A DNA stretch of 62,150 nt, the filler included, from Bacteriovoracaceae bacterium (GTDB taxonomy: Bacteria > Bdellovibrionota > Bacteriovoracia > Bacteriovoracales > Bacteriovoracaceae), in NCBI GenBank assembly GCA_018649885.1. It is 3 parts of 3 records of this genome, joined end to end, with 100 filler letters (N's around TTAATTAATTAA, not from the genome) between each part and the next. Parts side by side here need not be neighbours in the genome. Positions count along the whole stretch, not along the records: positions 14,137 to 30,637 come from JABIHA010000133.1; positions 30,738 to 62,150 come from JABIHA010000071.1; 1 more part is not named here. One strand, written 5' to 3'. Both the position numbers and the translations under genes were made by a program. Positions 28,428-37,948 of this stretch are shown one piece after another (position 1 is the stretch's first letter; every line of letters starts with the position of its first letter). The notes below the pieces were generated by a model. The model saw only the letters and a program-made list of their open reading frames with translations. It did not search any database and was not told where the DNA came from.

Positions 28428-28928
28428 ATGAATCAAAAGTGGAAAACAACACTACTCATCATTATTACTCTCGGCAGCGTAACAATGCAAGGTGCACAGG
28501 CCCGTGAAAGAAAAGGTCGCCTGGGGGTGGGTATGAGCAACCAATTTATCAACGGTGTACCCGCTATATCACTCAAGCTCCAGCGCTCCTCTACCTTTGG
28601 CTTTGCCGTTCTAGGAGGGCTCAACACTGATTCTGATAATGGTGGAATGGGGATGGGAGGCAAGGTCTATAAAATTTTATTTGAAGAGCCAAACCTCAAT
28701 TTCTTCATCGCTGCAGGCGCTGCATTTTTAACTCAAAAAATAAATTCGGCTTCCTATTCAGGGTTTCAAATTGATTTAGGTGGTGGATCTGAGTTTAACT
28801 TCCCCGGTGTCGAAAGCCTTGGCTTTAGCTTAGAGTTTGGTTTGGGCCTCAATAAACTCAAACACAGTATGAGAGTCGAGACCATGGGATCCTCAATTGT
28901 TGTCGCAGGTGCACACTTTTACCTTTAA
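28428..28928 (+). CDS. Small outer membrane beta-barrel protein
   Basis: Signal peptide, Gly/aromatic alternating strands and C-terminal AGAHFYL. Confidence 0.75.
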   Translation: MNQKWKTTLLIIITLGSVTMQGAQARERKGRLGVGMSNQFINGVPAISLKLQRSSTFGFAVLGGLNTDSDNGGMGMGGKVYKILFEEPNLNFFIAAGAAFLTQKINSASYSGFQIDLGGGSEFNFPGVESLGFSLEFGLGLNKLKHSMRVETMGSSIVVAGAHFYL

Positions 28929-29012
28929 TTTTTGCAAAGCACACTTAATATGTCCTATAATTTATAGGTGCGTTTGAATGAGTCTACGTAATTACTTTGA
29001 GAGAATTCAAGG

Positions 29013-29801
29013 ATGAGATTCCCAAAAACCATTCTCCCCTTACTTTTACTTCTGTCAGTAAGTGCTTCTCACGCTCAATTTGGAGGGGAGCTATCCAACC
29101 CTTTTAATGGTGGTGATGATGATCTAGAAATTGGCGGCGATATTTTTTCTGATTTCAATGAAGATCTCGACACAAATAAAGTTTTAGAAGATGAAAGGTT
29201 TTATCGCTACGGCCGTTTTTTCTCATTTTCTCTTGGTCTGGGTACCACTACCTTTACTGGAAATAGAGGCCTTGCCTATGATGACGATAATCCCAGCTAC
29301 AACTTTGGTGTTTCCTATTTTTTAAATTTTCACAATGCCATCACGATGGGGATTGCCTACTCTCAGCACAATATGTTCATTGGCAACACCACTATCGTCC
29401 ACGCCAGTGCCCCTCCCGGAAATATTGAAGTGAGAATGCTCAGAGTTCATTTTGGGTACCGCTACTATATCGATACAGATGACCTGGGAACGGCCATCAC
29501 CTGGTCAAACCCCTACCTCACTGGAAATTTCGAATACTGGTATCAAAAAAATAAATTTCTCGATCTAGACAATATTGACACCCTATCAGGTGGAGGCATG
29601 GGCACCGCCCTCGGTGGAGGGTTTGAATTTCCCGTGCAAATCAAAGAATCCTACATAGGCTTTGAAGTTCTCTTCCACAGAGTCAACTTCTTTGACAGAT
29701 ACACCGCTGACTACCAAGTCAACTCAGTAAATGGCGGTGGCTATGAAGACCTTACAGGAGACGTTTGGTCCGTAATGCTATCATATGTATTCAGTTGGTA
29801 A
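29013..29801 (+). CDS. Outer membrane beta-barrel protein
   Basis: Signal peptide, acidic N-terminal extension, beta strands and C-terminal SYVFSW. Confidence 0.75.
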   Translation: MRFPKTILPLLLLLSVSASHAQFGGELSNPFNGGDDDLEIGGDIFSDFNEDLDTNKVLEDERFYRYGRFFSFSLGLGTTTFTGNRGLAYDDDNPSYNFGVSYFLNFHNAITMGIAYSQHNMFIGNTTIVHASAPPGNIEVRMLRVHFGYRYYIDTDDLGTAITWSNPYLTGNFEYWYQKNKFLDLDNIDTLSGGGMGTALGGGFEFPVQIKESYIGFEVLFHRVNFFDRYTADYQVNSVNGGGYEDLTGDVWSVMLSYVFSW

Positions 29802-29863
29802 ATTATCACCTTATAAATATGCACGGATAATTTTTCCAAAATGGCACCTTCTATGGCAATGAG

Positions 29864-30637
29864 CTAATTCTTCTTGGTAATTTTTTCTAAAAGTTTTGGG
29901 CCAAAGTCTAAAACAAATTGCCGGGTATTGTGGTTTTTGCATACAAGTCTTAAATTCTCCAAAGTATTTTTCCCTCCCTTTGAATAGGGAGTGATGTGGT
30001 GATCAAATTCTAGATTCCTGGATTCAGCGCACCTCCCTGCCTGCATGCTAACATGCTCGCAGGTATAATTTGCTCTTCTTCGAATTTTTCTTTTTATGAC
30101 TTGAGAAATGTACCTAGACCTGACACTTTGTATTGGAGAAGGCCTTTGAATTGCTTTTAATTCACATTTCTTAACTTGTTTTAGTTTATTTTCAAGGGAC
30201 ACTTCAAGTAATTTGATCTGATCCTCCCCTGTCAGATCTTGCAGCTCATTTAAAAGTTCCAAGACTTTTTTAGAGACTTTTAATTTAGGGAGAAGTTCTT
30301 TTTTAGGAGAGTGTTTTGGCGTTGACGGTGGTGTAGATAAAATCTCTTTTGCTTTTGATATGGGGACTCCCACAATCTTTGAAATAACTTCCTCTTTTTT
30401 GGCCACCGATTTGTCTGACTGGTTTGTGAGATAATCACTGGCCACAACCGCAGCAGTGAGTGAGAGCTCTCCTTTTTGGATGGCCTTTTCAATTTGATCC
30501 GAGTTTGCCATTAACTTCATCGCCGTGACTCGGTAATAGGCCTCTCCACGAGTATAACCCAGCTCTTTTACACAGTACTCATTAAGTGTTCTACAGTTGT
30601 ACTCAGTAAACAATCTTCTTCTATAAATTTCTTTCAA
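29864..30637 (-). CDS. HNH endonuclease with helical (DUF222-like) N-terminal region; 5' end lost in gap
   Basis: CEH..RC..LEFDHHITPYSKGG.NT.ENLRLVCKNHN. N-terminal part YCVKELGYTRGEAYYRV. The ORF runs into the gap. Confidence 0.85.
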   Translation of the reverse strand: MKEIYRRRLFTEYNCRTLNEYCVKELGYTRGEAYYRVTAMKLMANSDQIEKAIQKGELSLTAAVVASDYLTNQSDKSVAKKEEVISKIVGVPISKAKEILSTPPSTPKHSPKKELLPKLKVSKKVLELLNELQDLTGEDQIKLLEVSLENKLKQVKKCELKAIQRPSPIQSVRSRYISQVIKRKIRRRANYTCEHVSMQAGRCAESRNLEFDHHITPYSKGGKNTLENLRLVCKNHNTRQFVLDFGPKLLEKITKKN

Positions 30638-30737
30638 NNNNNNNNNNNNNNNNNNNNNNNNNNNNNNNNNNNNNNNNNNNNTTAATTAATTAANNNNNNN
30701 NNNNNNNNNNNNNNNNNNNNNNNNNNNNNNNNNNNNN
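30638..30737. other. Assembly gap (artificial spacer)
   Basis: N44-TTAATTAATTAA-N44. Confidence 0.98.
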
Positions 30738-30745
30738 TCCACTGC

Positions 30746-30847
30746 GCGTTTATTCAACTGGCCACCTTGGTCTAAATATAATCATATAAATTTAATCGAA
30801 TTTAACTCACGAAAGGGATGTCTGTTTGTGGCAAGTTGAATGAACGC
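30746..30847. repeat. 102-bp element bounded by 20-bp inverted repeats (18/20 match)
   Basis: GCGTTTATTCAACTGGCCAC (30746-30765) versus GTGGCAAGTTGAATGAACGC (30828-30847). Confidence 0.75.
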
Positions 30848-30942
30848 TAACCAATAGTTTAAAAGTACTCGAATAGATCAAAGCTTAATTACTTGTACAT
30901 AAGATTTTATTCTCATTTTACAATTATGGGCAATTTGTTTTT

Positions 30943-31812
30943 CTAGCTCTGATTTATAAATAAATCCATTTTTTGCTGAGAAAGTGCCACAATAGCAGCT
31001 CTTGCATTACAATTTGAGCATAACTGGCGCACATTCCCAATCGCCGATGATTTTGAAATACTATGAGGAACAATATGGTCGAAGTGTAGATTGTATTTTG
31101 ATCCACAATTTTCGCACTTATTACCCAATCTTGCTATCACAGCTTTTTTGATAGCGGCTGAGATAGTTCTAGAGTTTGTAATGGTCTTTGATTTTCTAGA
31201 TCCAATACCCACAATTTTCCTTCTCATAGATTCTGCCGCCGTTTTGATGGCGTGCCCGATAATTTTTTCTGGCTGGTATTGTCCTTTATTTGAAATTTGC
31301 TCTTTAATAAACTCATAATCTTTTGCTGTTTGTCCTAGCAAGGTAAGGTGGATACGGAGGCTTCCATCTGAATGTGTGTGAGTTTTAGATCTGGTGGCGC
31401 GCTTCTTTCCTGTCAGCTCATCCACCATCTCTCTAGTCTGATTTTGGGTTTTGCCTTTAATGCTTTCAAGTATTTCATTTTTCTTTTTGTTACTTTTAAT
31501 ATTACCTACTAAGTTTGAAACTTCAGCTAGGTTGGTAAGAGTCACCTGTTTTTTTGCCAATGCTTTATCTGCACTGGGAATGTGCCTTAGCGTTTTTGCA
31601 GCTAAAATTCTTCGACTTGTTTCGCTATCACTTTTATTAAAATTTTTACGAATATATTTAAAGAGAGATCCCGTTCCACTATCACAAAAAAGCCTTCGTC
31701 TATTCACTTCATTAATATGTCTTAAGAACTGGCGAGTACAATACTCCTCTTTCTCATTCCACATTTTAGTGTCTGCAATTAACCTTTCATCTGATAAATT
31801 CCGTAACGACAA
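30943..31812 (-). CDS. HNH endonuclease with helical (DUF222-like) N-terminal region
   Basis: CENCGSKYNLHFDHIVP...NVRQLCSNCN. N-terminal LRHINEVNRRRLF..GSLFKYI. GGAGG RBS and TTG start. Confidence 0.88.
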   Translation of the reverse strand: MSLRNLSDERLIADTKMWNEKEEYCTRQFLRHINEVNRRRLFCDSGTGSLFKYIRKNFNKSDSETSRRILAAKTLRHIPSADKALAKKQVTLTNLAEVSNLVGNIKSNKKKNEILESIKGKTQNQTREMVDELTGKKRATRSKTHTHSDGSLRIHLTLLGQTAKDYEFIKEQISNKGQYQPEKIIGHAIKTAAESMRRKIVGIGSRKSKTITNSRTISAAIKKAVIARLGNKCENCGSKYNLHFDHIVPHSISKSSAIGNVRQLCSNCNARAAIVALSQQKMDLFINQS

Positions 31813-32639
31813 AGCAACCTCCCAATGAAAAACAACATAGCGTTTTAATCACAAAACTTGAATGAAAAGATAAAAAATAATCTAATGTGGAATCGATAAA
31901 GGACAATACAGTAAGTGCTTTACAGTAACTCGAACTGTTCATCAAAAACAATATCGATCACAAATTACAACGAACAAACATTTAATCACCTAGCACATGG
32001 ATAATACTTTTGAATTGAACTCTCATAAATAATTGGTTAGTGAGCGCCTTAGATTTACGTTCGCAATTTGAATGTCCTGGGACATGGGTGACACTTTTGA
32101 ATTTAAACTCTCACAATAAATGGGTTATTGAACGCATTGTTTTTTTATTCGTCCTCATCAAAGCCCCCTTCACCAAACTAATAAAAAAATACAAAATTCC
32201 AAACGACCACCAATCTCATGCACTCTCCTTCCCATAAAAGAAACTACCAAAATCATTCAATCCTGCTAGAGCGAGACATCAATACAAGGCCCTATTCTAA
32301 AAGCAAGTCTTCGCCTTGATAGAAGGCGCTGTCTGAATTCTGTAACCTCCCAATGAGTTCCTCAGCGCCGTGAACTAATAAAACTCATAACAGATTCCTA
32401 AATTTATCTTCCTTCACAATTCTCTTTCTTTCTCTCCTCATCCTTTCACTTTTCCCTCTTTCCCCCTTTCCTTACTTCACAACTTCAAAGATTCGTTCCC
32501 TCTCAAATAGGGGCCTAATTAAATAAAGCCTTTACAACCCTTCCTTTAAATATCAATTATTTACTATGCACATTGTCTGATCACTATCAAAATTTAGTCA
32601 AAACTCCGCTCCTAAGTCGCTGATTTTCTAATGCCATAA

Positions 32640-32655
32640 TGGCCAGTATTTTGCA
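32640..32655 (+). promoter_or_regulatory. Sigma54 promoter candidate
   Basis: TGGCCAGTATTTTGCA (GG-N10-GC), 32 bp before the ATG at 32687. Confidence 0.6.
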
Positions 32656-32686
32656 CTTTTTAACCTATACAAAAGTGGAGAGAGAT

Positions 32687-33121
32687 ATGAATTTAATCAA
32701 AATTACTTTAATGCTATTTATTTCCTTTAATGCCTTTGCAGGCATGGGTGTCAGCTGTTTGGTAGATGCTAAAACTACAGGACCAGCTGATGTGTTAGAG
32801 GAGTGCAATGATTTTAAAATCACCATCCCTCGTGACATAGACGAATACGGGTCTATGGTCATAAACCAAGAGGCCAAAGAGGTATTTGATCTTGAATTTA
32901 CTAAGTCAAAAAAGCTAATCGAAGGCCAAATTGCGGGGATTACTCCTGTCTGTGGTGGATGGTTTGTCCTGAGCTATCAAGCAGGAAAAAGAGATCTTAC
33001 TAAATCAAAATCTGAAAAATTTTCTCTTACCTCTCAACTAAATCTTAGAAATGCGGAAGGTCAGAAAACTGAAGTAAAATTTGGCAGTGGATGTGAAACA
33101 TACTCAGTGGGAGCAGATTAA
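32687..33121 (+). CDS. Secreted hypothetical protein (4 Cys)
   Basis: ATG at 32687 after GGAGAG (ORF track 32639). Signal peptide ends in AFA. Confidence 0.75.
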   Translation: MNLIKITLMLFISFNAFAGMGVSCLVDAKTTGPADVLEECNDFKITIPRDIDEYGSMVINQEAKEVFDLEFTKSKKLIEGQIAGITPVCGGWFVLSYQAGKRDLTKSKSEKFSLTSQLNLRNAEGQKTEVKFGSGCETYSVGAD

Positions 33122-33122
33122 A

Positions 33123-34223
33123 TTATCCTCTCAAAAATCTAACAAGGTGATTGACGCCAGTTTTAAAACCTTGTTCTTCACCACCGATAGAAACTCGAAA
33201 ATGCCCCTCTAATCGAAAAAATGATCCAGGGGCAACGATTGTTTTAGTACTAGCTAGTAACTCACACACCATTTCATGATCTGATTTACCCTTTAATACA
33301 TTTCTCACATCTAATAAACCAACAATACCTACTTCTGGTCTGTAAAAAGAAGTATCAGAAACCTTCTCCAGCTGCTCGCAAAGAAAATCCATGCGTCCTG
33401 CAACTCTATCGATTTGATAAGCTCTGAGCTCATTTAAATTAGTTAGAGCGCTAGAGATATAACTCATGGCCACAGAGCTGTGAGAGCCAACCGTTTGGAG
33501 AATGGCCGCATTGATTTTTTCAATAATCAAAGCTTCTCCTATAAGCCATCCACACCTAAGGGCGCCGAGGCCGTATACTTTTGTAAGGCCTGATAAAATT
33601 AAAATATTGTCGTTACTACCGTAAGCAGTCCCCTCACCTAGAGATTTATGAAAATCGAGATAAATTTCATCAACGACGAGAAATACATCTTTTTCTTTTA
33701 ATATACTTGAGAGCTCAAATAGTTCATCCTCACTCAAAAGAGTGCCAGATGGATTATGGGGGTTTGTAATGATAAGAGCAGAATTCGTCTCCAGAGTAGA
33801 CTCTTTGATTTTTTCTAAATTAAATACAAAACGCCCATCCACATTTTCTCTTTCAATAAAAGAGGTATTAGTGCCTAAAGCCTTGGGTGTTTGCCAAAGA
33901 GGTTCAAAACCAGGGGACTCCGAATAAATAAAATCAAATAGTGTAGACGCAATGAAAAGAGCGTGAGTGCAACCAATGGTTACGGCCACGCGATTTTCTT
34001 CCACTTTGTAAATTGAGGCCAACTGACGGTTAAGGATTTTATGCATATTAGCTGGATGCATATCTAGATGTTTAGGATCAACTTCTATTGAGCTCAGAGG
34101 ATAACTTTTGACATTACTAGATGCCAAATCAAATACAGCATTAGGATAATTTTCATAGGCAAAGTCTACGTAAGGTAAATTACCGAAGTTAAATTTTGGT
34201 TCAATTGATGAAAAATAGTCCAT
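33123..34223 (-). CDS. PLP-dependent aminotransferase class I/II
   Basis: TNPHNPSG, VVDEIY, SGLTKVYGLGALRCGW and PGSFF..FRVS. Confidence 0.92.
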   Translation of the reverse strand: MDYFSSIEPKFNFGNLPYVDFAYENYPNAVFDLASSNVKSYPLSSIEVDPKHLDMHPANMHKILNRQLASIYKVEENRVAVTIGCTHALFIASTLFDFIYSESPGFEPLWQTPKALGTNTSFIERENVDGRFVFNLEKIKESTLETNSALIITNPHNPSGTLLSEDELFELSSILKEKDVFLVVDEIYLDFHKSLGEGTAYGSNDNILILSGLTKVYGLGALRCGWLIGEALIIEKINAAILQTVGSHSSVAMSYISSALTNLNELRAYQIDRVAGRMDFLCEQLEKVSDTSFYRPEVGIVGLLDVRNVLKGKSDHEMVCELLASTKTIVAPGSFFRLEGHFRVSIGGEEQGFKTGVNHLVRFLRG

Positions 34224-34260
34224 GAGTCATCATCTTATGACTTTTCTAAAAGGTAAAGCC

Positions 34261-35442
34261 CTAGTTTAGTTGGATCTTACCTCTAAGAGCGATAGTATTG
34301 TTATATTCATTTTTATCACGCTGAGGGCGACCACGCTTCCCTCCTACCTGAGTAGGAACTAAAACGGCAAAAATAAAGTAGCTTCCTGATGGAATCCCGG
34401 AGGGAATCTCAAAACTATTTGTAAGTTTTTTGCTCTCCAGTTTCAATTGGTATTGGTAAGTAGTCCTTGAAGGGTAGTCACGATCACGATCTAAAGTGTT
34501 ATTTTTTGAAAACCAAAGCTGAAGTTCAAAAGCGAGTGCTTTGCTCCCCTTATTATTAATGGTTATTTCCGGTTGAATACTATTCCCACCTACACTGCTA
34601 GCAGGGACTTTTTTATTCATAATATGGTGACCCGCTTTGTATTTCGGGTCGGCAGATTTTGGTAAAAAATAGCTATTGGTCACTGTTAGATCAGCAATTT
34701 TTTTGCTCTTATTTCCATACAGGGAAATAAGACCTGCAATATCGTCAGGTAAAAATTCCATCCTCGCTTCATTTTTCCCTGAGGTCCATGGCTTATGACC
34801 GTGATTCATAATAGCGTATTCATTATTAGCATGAGACAAACCCAGAGTGTGGGTTACTTCATGAAGAAGTACCGCTCGAAAAGAAAGTTTATTCCCAAAT
34901 TTTCTTCCCACTTCCCAGTACTTTCTGCCATTTTGCTCAGGACTTCCAAAGGCCCACCTTAGCTTTCCGTTATAGGTGACAAAGTTTTCTGAAAATCGAC
35001 ATTTTTTATCCATATTGGCCCAAGCCGGATTCTGTCTCTTTTTCCTAAGTGTATCCATCTGAGTTTTATTATAAAATCCAATTTGAATTGATCTCTTATA
35101 CTTCTCTTTATTTCCTCTATATAACACAGGGAACATTACATCTTCTGCAAGCTCTAATTTTAAATCAATTTCTGAGATGCTGTTAATCTCTTTAATGACT
35201 TGTCTTATATCTTCTTTGGCCCGGGCAATTGCAGCTTTTCGACCTGTAAATTTTTTTGATTTTATATAGCTTTTTAAGCTGGGTAAGTGCAGTTTCACTT
35301 CCACGGGTTTTCTCCCGGCCCATCTTTTGCCGATCCCGCCACACTTTTTCACTTTCATTAAATTAAAGGCTTGCGAATTTGCTGGAATAATAAGAAATGA
35401 AATAAATAATAGACTTGTGATTTTCCAAGTTGCATTGAACAT
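34261..35442 (-). CDS. Secreted metzincin (matrixin-like) zinc metalloprotease with C-terminal CARDB-like domain
   Basis: HEVTHTLGLSH, Met-turn AIMN and LPDDIAGLISLYG. ATG at 35442 (ORF track 35490). Confidence 0.88.
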   Translation of the reverse strand: MFNATWKITSLLFISFLIIPANSQAFNLMKVKKCGGIGKRWAGRKPVEVKLHLPSLKSYIKSKKFTGRKAAIARAKEDIRQVIKEINSISEIDLKLELAEDVMFPVLYRGNKEKYKRSIQIGFYNKTQMDTLRKKRQNPAWANMDKKCRFSENFVTYNGKLRWAFGSPEQNGRKYWEVGRKFGNKLSFRAVLLHEVTHTLGLSHANNEYAIMNHGHKPWTSGKNEARMEFLPDDIAGLISLYGNKSKKIADLTVTNSYFLPKSADPKYKAGHHIMNKKVPASSVGGNSIQPEITINNKGSKALAFELQLWFSKNNTLDRDRDYPSRTTYQYQLKLESKKLTNSFEIPSGIPSGSYFIFAVLVPTQVGGKRGRPQRDKNEYNNTIALRGKIQLN

Positions 35443-35604
35443 AAATTTTCTCCCCTGAAGGCCTATGCCTCCCCCTCCTGCGTTGCACAATACAGGTTTT
35501 TTGGATCAGTTCCAATTGGTTAGAAAAATGTACAGGATTTTAGGTAAACGTTCGGAAATTAAAAAAAATGAAATTTTTGGCCCATATATATATATATGAA
35601 ATTT

Positions 35605-36309
35605 CTAGGGGTCTAGTGGATCACTCCCAACAGTAAAGTTGATTTTGTCCGGAAAAAACTGTGATCGATTGTATCCACCAGATTTTAACTTCCCTACAAG
35701 GTAGCCTAGCTCACGCCTCGATCTGGAATTAAAACTGCTGATATGAGGAAAAGAAAAATAAAAGCTTTGGTCAATGGAGCTAACAATTAAGGCCCGGCCA
35801 AGCCCGTGAGACAAGAGAAAGCGTCCCACATTTCTGATATTGGTCGTCGAGTGCCTGGCATAGGGTTCAATAACAATCATTTCCTCACTGACTTGGAGCT
35901 GCTCCATTAGGTAACGCTTCATTTCCATCGCCTCATTATAGGGTGTCAGATCTGGGTGAACATTTCCTCCCGAAACAATAAAGACCCCACCCCCATTTTT
36001 AAGGTAGCTCTTATAGGCCCCCGCTAGTCTCTTTTTCGCCTTTTTATGAAGAATGATTCCTGTTTTAGCTTTTAAAGGAGTATAGCCTGGGATCACAAAG
36101 GCAGGAAAATTTAAGCTATTCAAAAATTCAAAATTTTCTTGAATATAGATGCTCGCCTTTTCATTTTCATAATCTACGTTTATGGAAATACCTCGGTCTG
36201 AAATATCCTCAGAAGTTCCAAAAGCGTACTCTCCAGATGAAATCGCGGTTGTGCCCATGGCCAAATTGATACTCATTAGTAGAATTGATACAACGATTAG
36301 TTTTATCAC
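35605..36309 (-). CDS. YdcF/DUF218 family exported protein
   Basis: IVSGGNVHP, NEAMEMKRYL and EPYARHSTTNIRN motifs, plus a signal peptide. Confidence 0.85.
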   Translation of the reverse strand: MIKLIVVSILLMSINLAMGTTAISSGEYAFGTSEDISDRGISINVDYENEKASIYIQENFEFLNSLNFPAFVIPGYTPLKAKTGIILHKKAKKRLAGAYKSYLKNGGGVFIVSGGNVHPDLTPYNEAMEMKRYLMEQLQVSEEMIVIEPYARHSTTNIRNVGRFLLSHGLGRALIVSSIDQSFYFSFPHISSFNSRSRRELGYLVGKLKSGGYNRSQFFPDKINFTVGSDPLDP

Positions 36310-36317
36310 ACTACCCC

Positions 36318-37316
36318 CTAGCTTGCCATTTTAAGAAGTTTTCTTAGAAGGCCTCTCGCCTCAACTTCTCCGTAAAGAGGGACTCTTGGTCTTGAATATT
36401 CTCTTGTCAGTCTATATTGCAGGGAATCCAAAACTTTTTGATTGAGTAGATCTACTTGCTGATCAAAAGTCTTTTTGTGTTTTTCCTCTTCAGTCAGCTT
36501 AATGGGTTTTTCAAAGTAAAAATCCATCTTAGCTGGCATGGGAAAGCTGCTAAAAGCGATCATTGAGTAAAAAGCAAATTTTTCAGTATATTTTGAAAAT
36601 AGGCCTGGAATAAAAGGAATTCCAAAAGGTGTTATAGGAATAGCGGAGACTCTAAATTTTTTCTTGAAGTCTCTCATCTTAGCAATTTCTTCATCACGAT
36701 AGAGAACAAGACTTTGCTCGTGTCCCCCCACATTTGCTACTGGAATAATAGGAACATCAGCTTCGAGAGCGAGTCTTGCAAATCCCTTGCGACCAGAAAA
36801 TTGTACTTCCGATTTTTCTGAAAGTGGTCTAAAGGTTTCAAACTCTCCCCCTGGATATACTAAAAGAGAGTGCCCATGTTTAAAGGCCTCTTTGGCGATA
36901 TCTGGATTGGCGGGAATGCAGCCAATTTTGGGTACAATATGTTTGAGTACGGCGTGGTTAAACACCATGTCGTGGGTGAGACCAAATATTCCAGGGAATT
37001 TAAACTGAAGCTCTCTTGCCCAAATTTCTAGCATCATTAAAATTTCGACACTAAAAATTCCGTTGTGATTACCTACAAAAAGTGAGGGCGTTCCCTCTAG
37101 ATCTTTGACCCCATGATAATCAACTCGAAAGTAATTTTCAAAAATTGGTCTGAGATATTGTCTGAAATCTTTTAAAAACTCTAGATCTCGCTTGTCGTAC
37201 TTGAACCTATCCATGGCCTGCCCCTTTGTGTGAAGGGCATCTCGGCGTTTTTTTCCAATATAATTAAATACTAATTTCCAAAATAAATTTTGTTTAAACG
37301 GGGTATTTGAAATCAC
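36318..37316 (-). CDS. Lysophospholipid/glycerol acyltransferase family protein
   Basis: FVGNHNG, LVYPGG..E and FSGRKGFARLAL..VPIIPV motifs. Confidence 0.88.
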   Translation of the reverse strand: MISNTPFKQNLFWKLVFNYIGKKRRDALHTKGQAMDRFKYDKRDLEFLKDFRQYLRPIFENYFRVDYHGVKDLEGTPSLFVGNHNGIFSVEILMMLEIWARELQFKFPGIFGLTHDMVFNHAVLKHIVPKIGCIPANPDIAKEAFKHGHSLLVYPGGEFETFRPLSEKSEVQFSGRKGFARLALEADVPIIPVANVGGHEQSLVLYRDEEIAKMRDFKKKFRVSAIPITPFGIPFIPGLFSKYTEKFAFYSMIAFSSFPMPAKMDFYFEKPIKLTEEEKHKKTFDQQVDLLNQKVLDSLQYRLTREYSRPRVPLYGEVEARGLLRKLLKMAS

Positions 37317-37434
37317 TCCTTAGTAATTTTGAGGAGATCAAAAATTGTGAACGTTGGACAAAACTGGGTGGTGAAATACTTTTTCACAACCCAGATAAAA
37401 GAAATTGAAAATGAAGGCCTTTTCGGCCGACAAT

Positions 37435-37785
37435 TTAGTTTGAGTATCTAATTCTGCAGAGCCTGATTATCTCGCTGTTATTAAGCGCCGGACGTGTCAG
37501 TTCATATGCAGCTTTAGCACAATCAAGCGGTGCATTTGAAGCTGTTCCACTACAAATAGCGATGGCCTCAGATGAATTGAGACTTGGCTTGTCCATGGCA
37601 TAGGCAGCTGTAATACAAGTAACTGGAGCTTCAGATTTAGCACCACTACAAAGAGTGACAGCTTCAGAAGAATTTAAGCTTGGCTTATCTAGTGCGTATG
37701 CCTTTTTAAGACATTCCACTGCACCTGTTGAAGCAAAAGCATTTAAACTAAATAGAAAAAATACGAGAACAGATCTTTGAATCAC
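37435..37785 (-). CDS. Small secreted protein with three 32-aa Cys repeats
   Basis: GTG at 37785 after AGGAGG (ORF track 37836). Repeat C..AY.(L/M).(K/R)P.LN.SE...(L/I)C. Confidence 0.8.
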   Translation of the reverse strand: MIQRSVLVFFLFSLNAFASTGAVECLKKAYALDKPSLNSSEAVTLCSGAKSEAPVTCITAAYAMDKPSLNSSEAIAICSGTASNAPLDCAKAAYELTRPALNNSEIIRLCRIRYSN

Positions 37786-37948
37786 TGATTCCTCCTTGAT
37801 CACAACTAACGTTTTTTTGACCACCATTTTTAACATGGTAGAGATGCGATACCAATGAATGAGTACTAATTGTTAGAAGTTTTAAGATAGCAGGCGCTGT
37901 AAGTGGCACAACACCCAGGAATCTGCGTACTGTTATTAACCAGTAAAA

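Noticed and set aside
29864..31812. HNH genes as Cas9/IscB or a restriction-modification system
   Set aside because: Too short, with no RuvC motifs recognised, no CRISPR array and no methyltransferase nearby.
32040..32237. 65-aa + strand ORF in the long spacer
   Set aside because: No RBS or recognisable motif, so probably spurious.
35584..35597. (AT)7 microsatellite
   Set aside because: Short tract in an AT-rich intergenic region with no evidence of phase variation.
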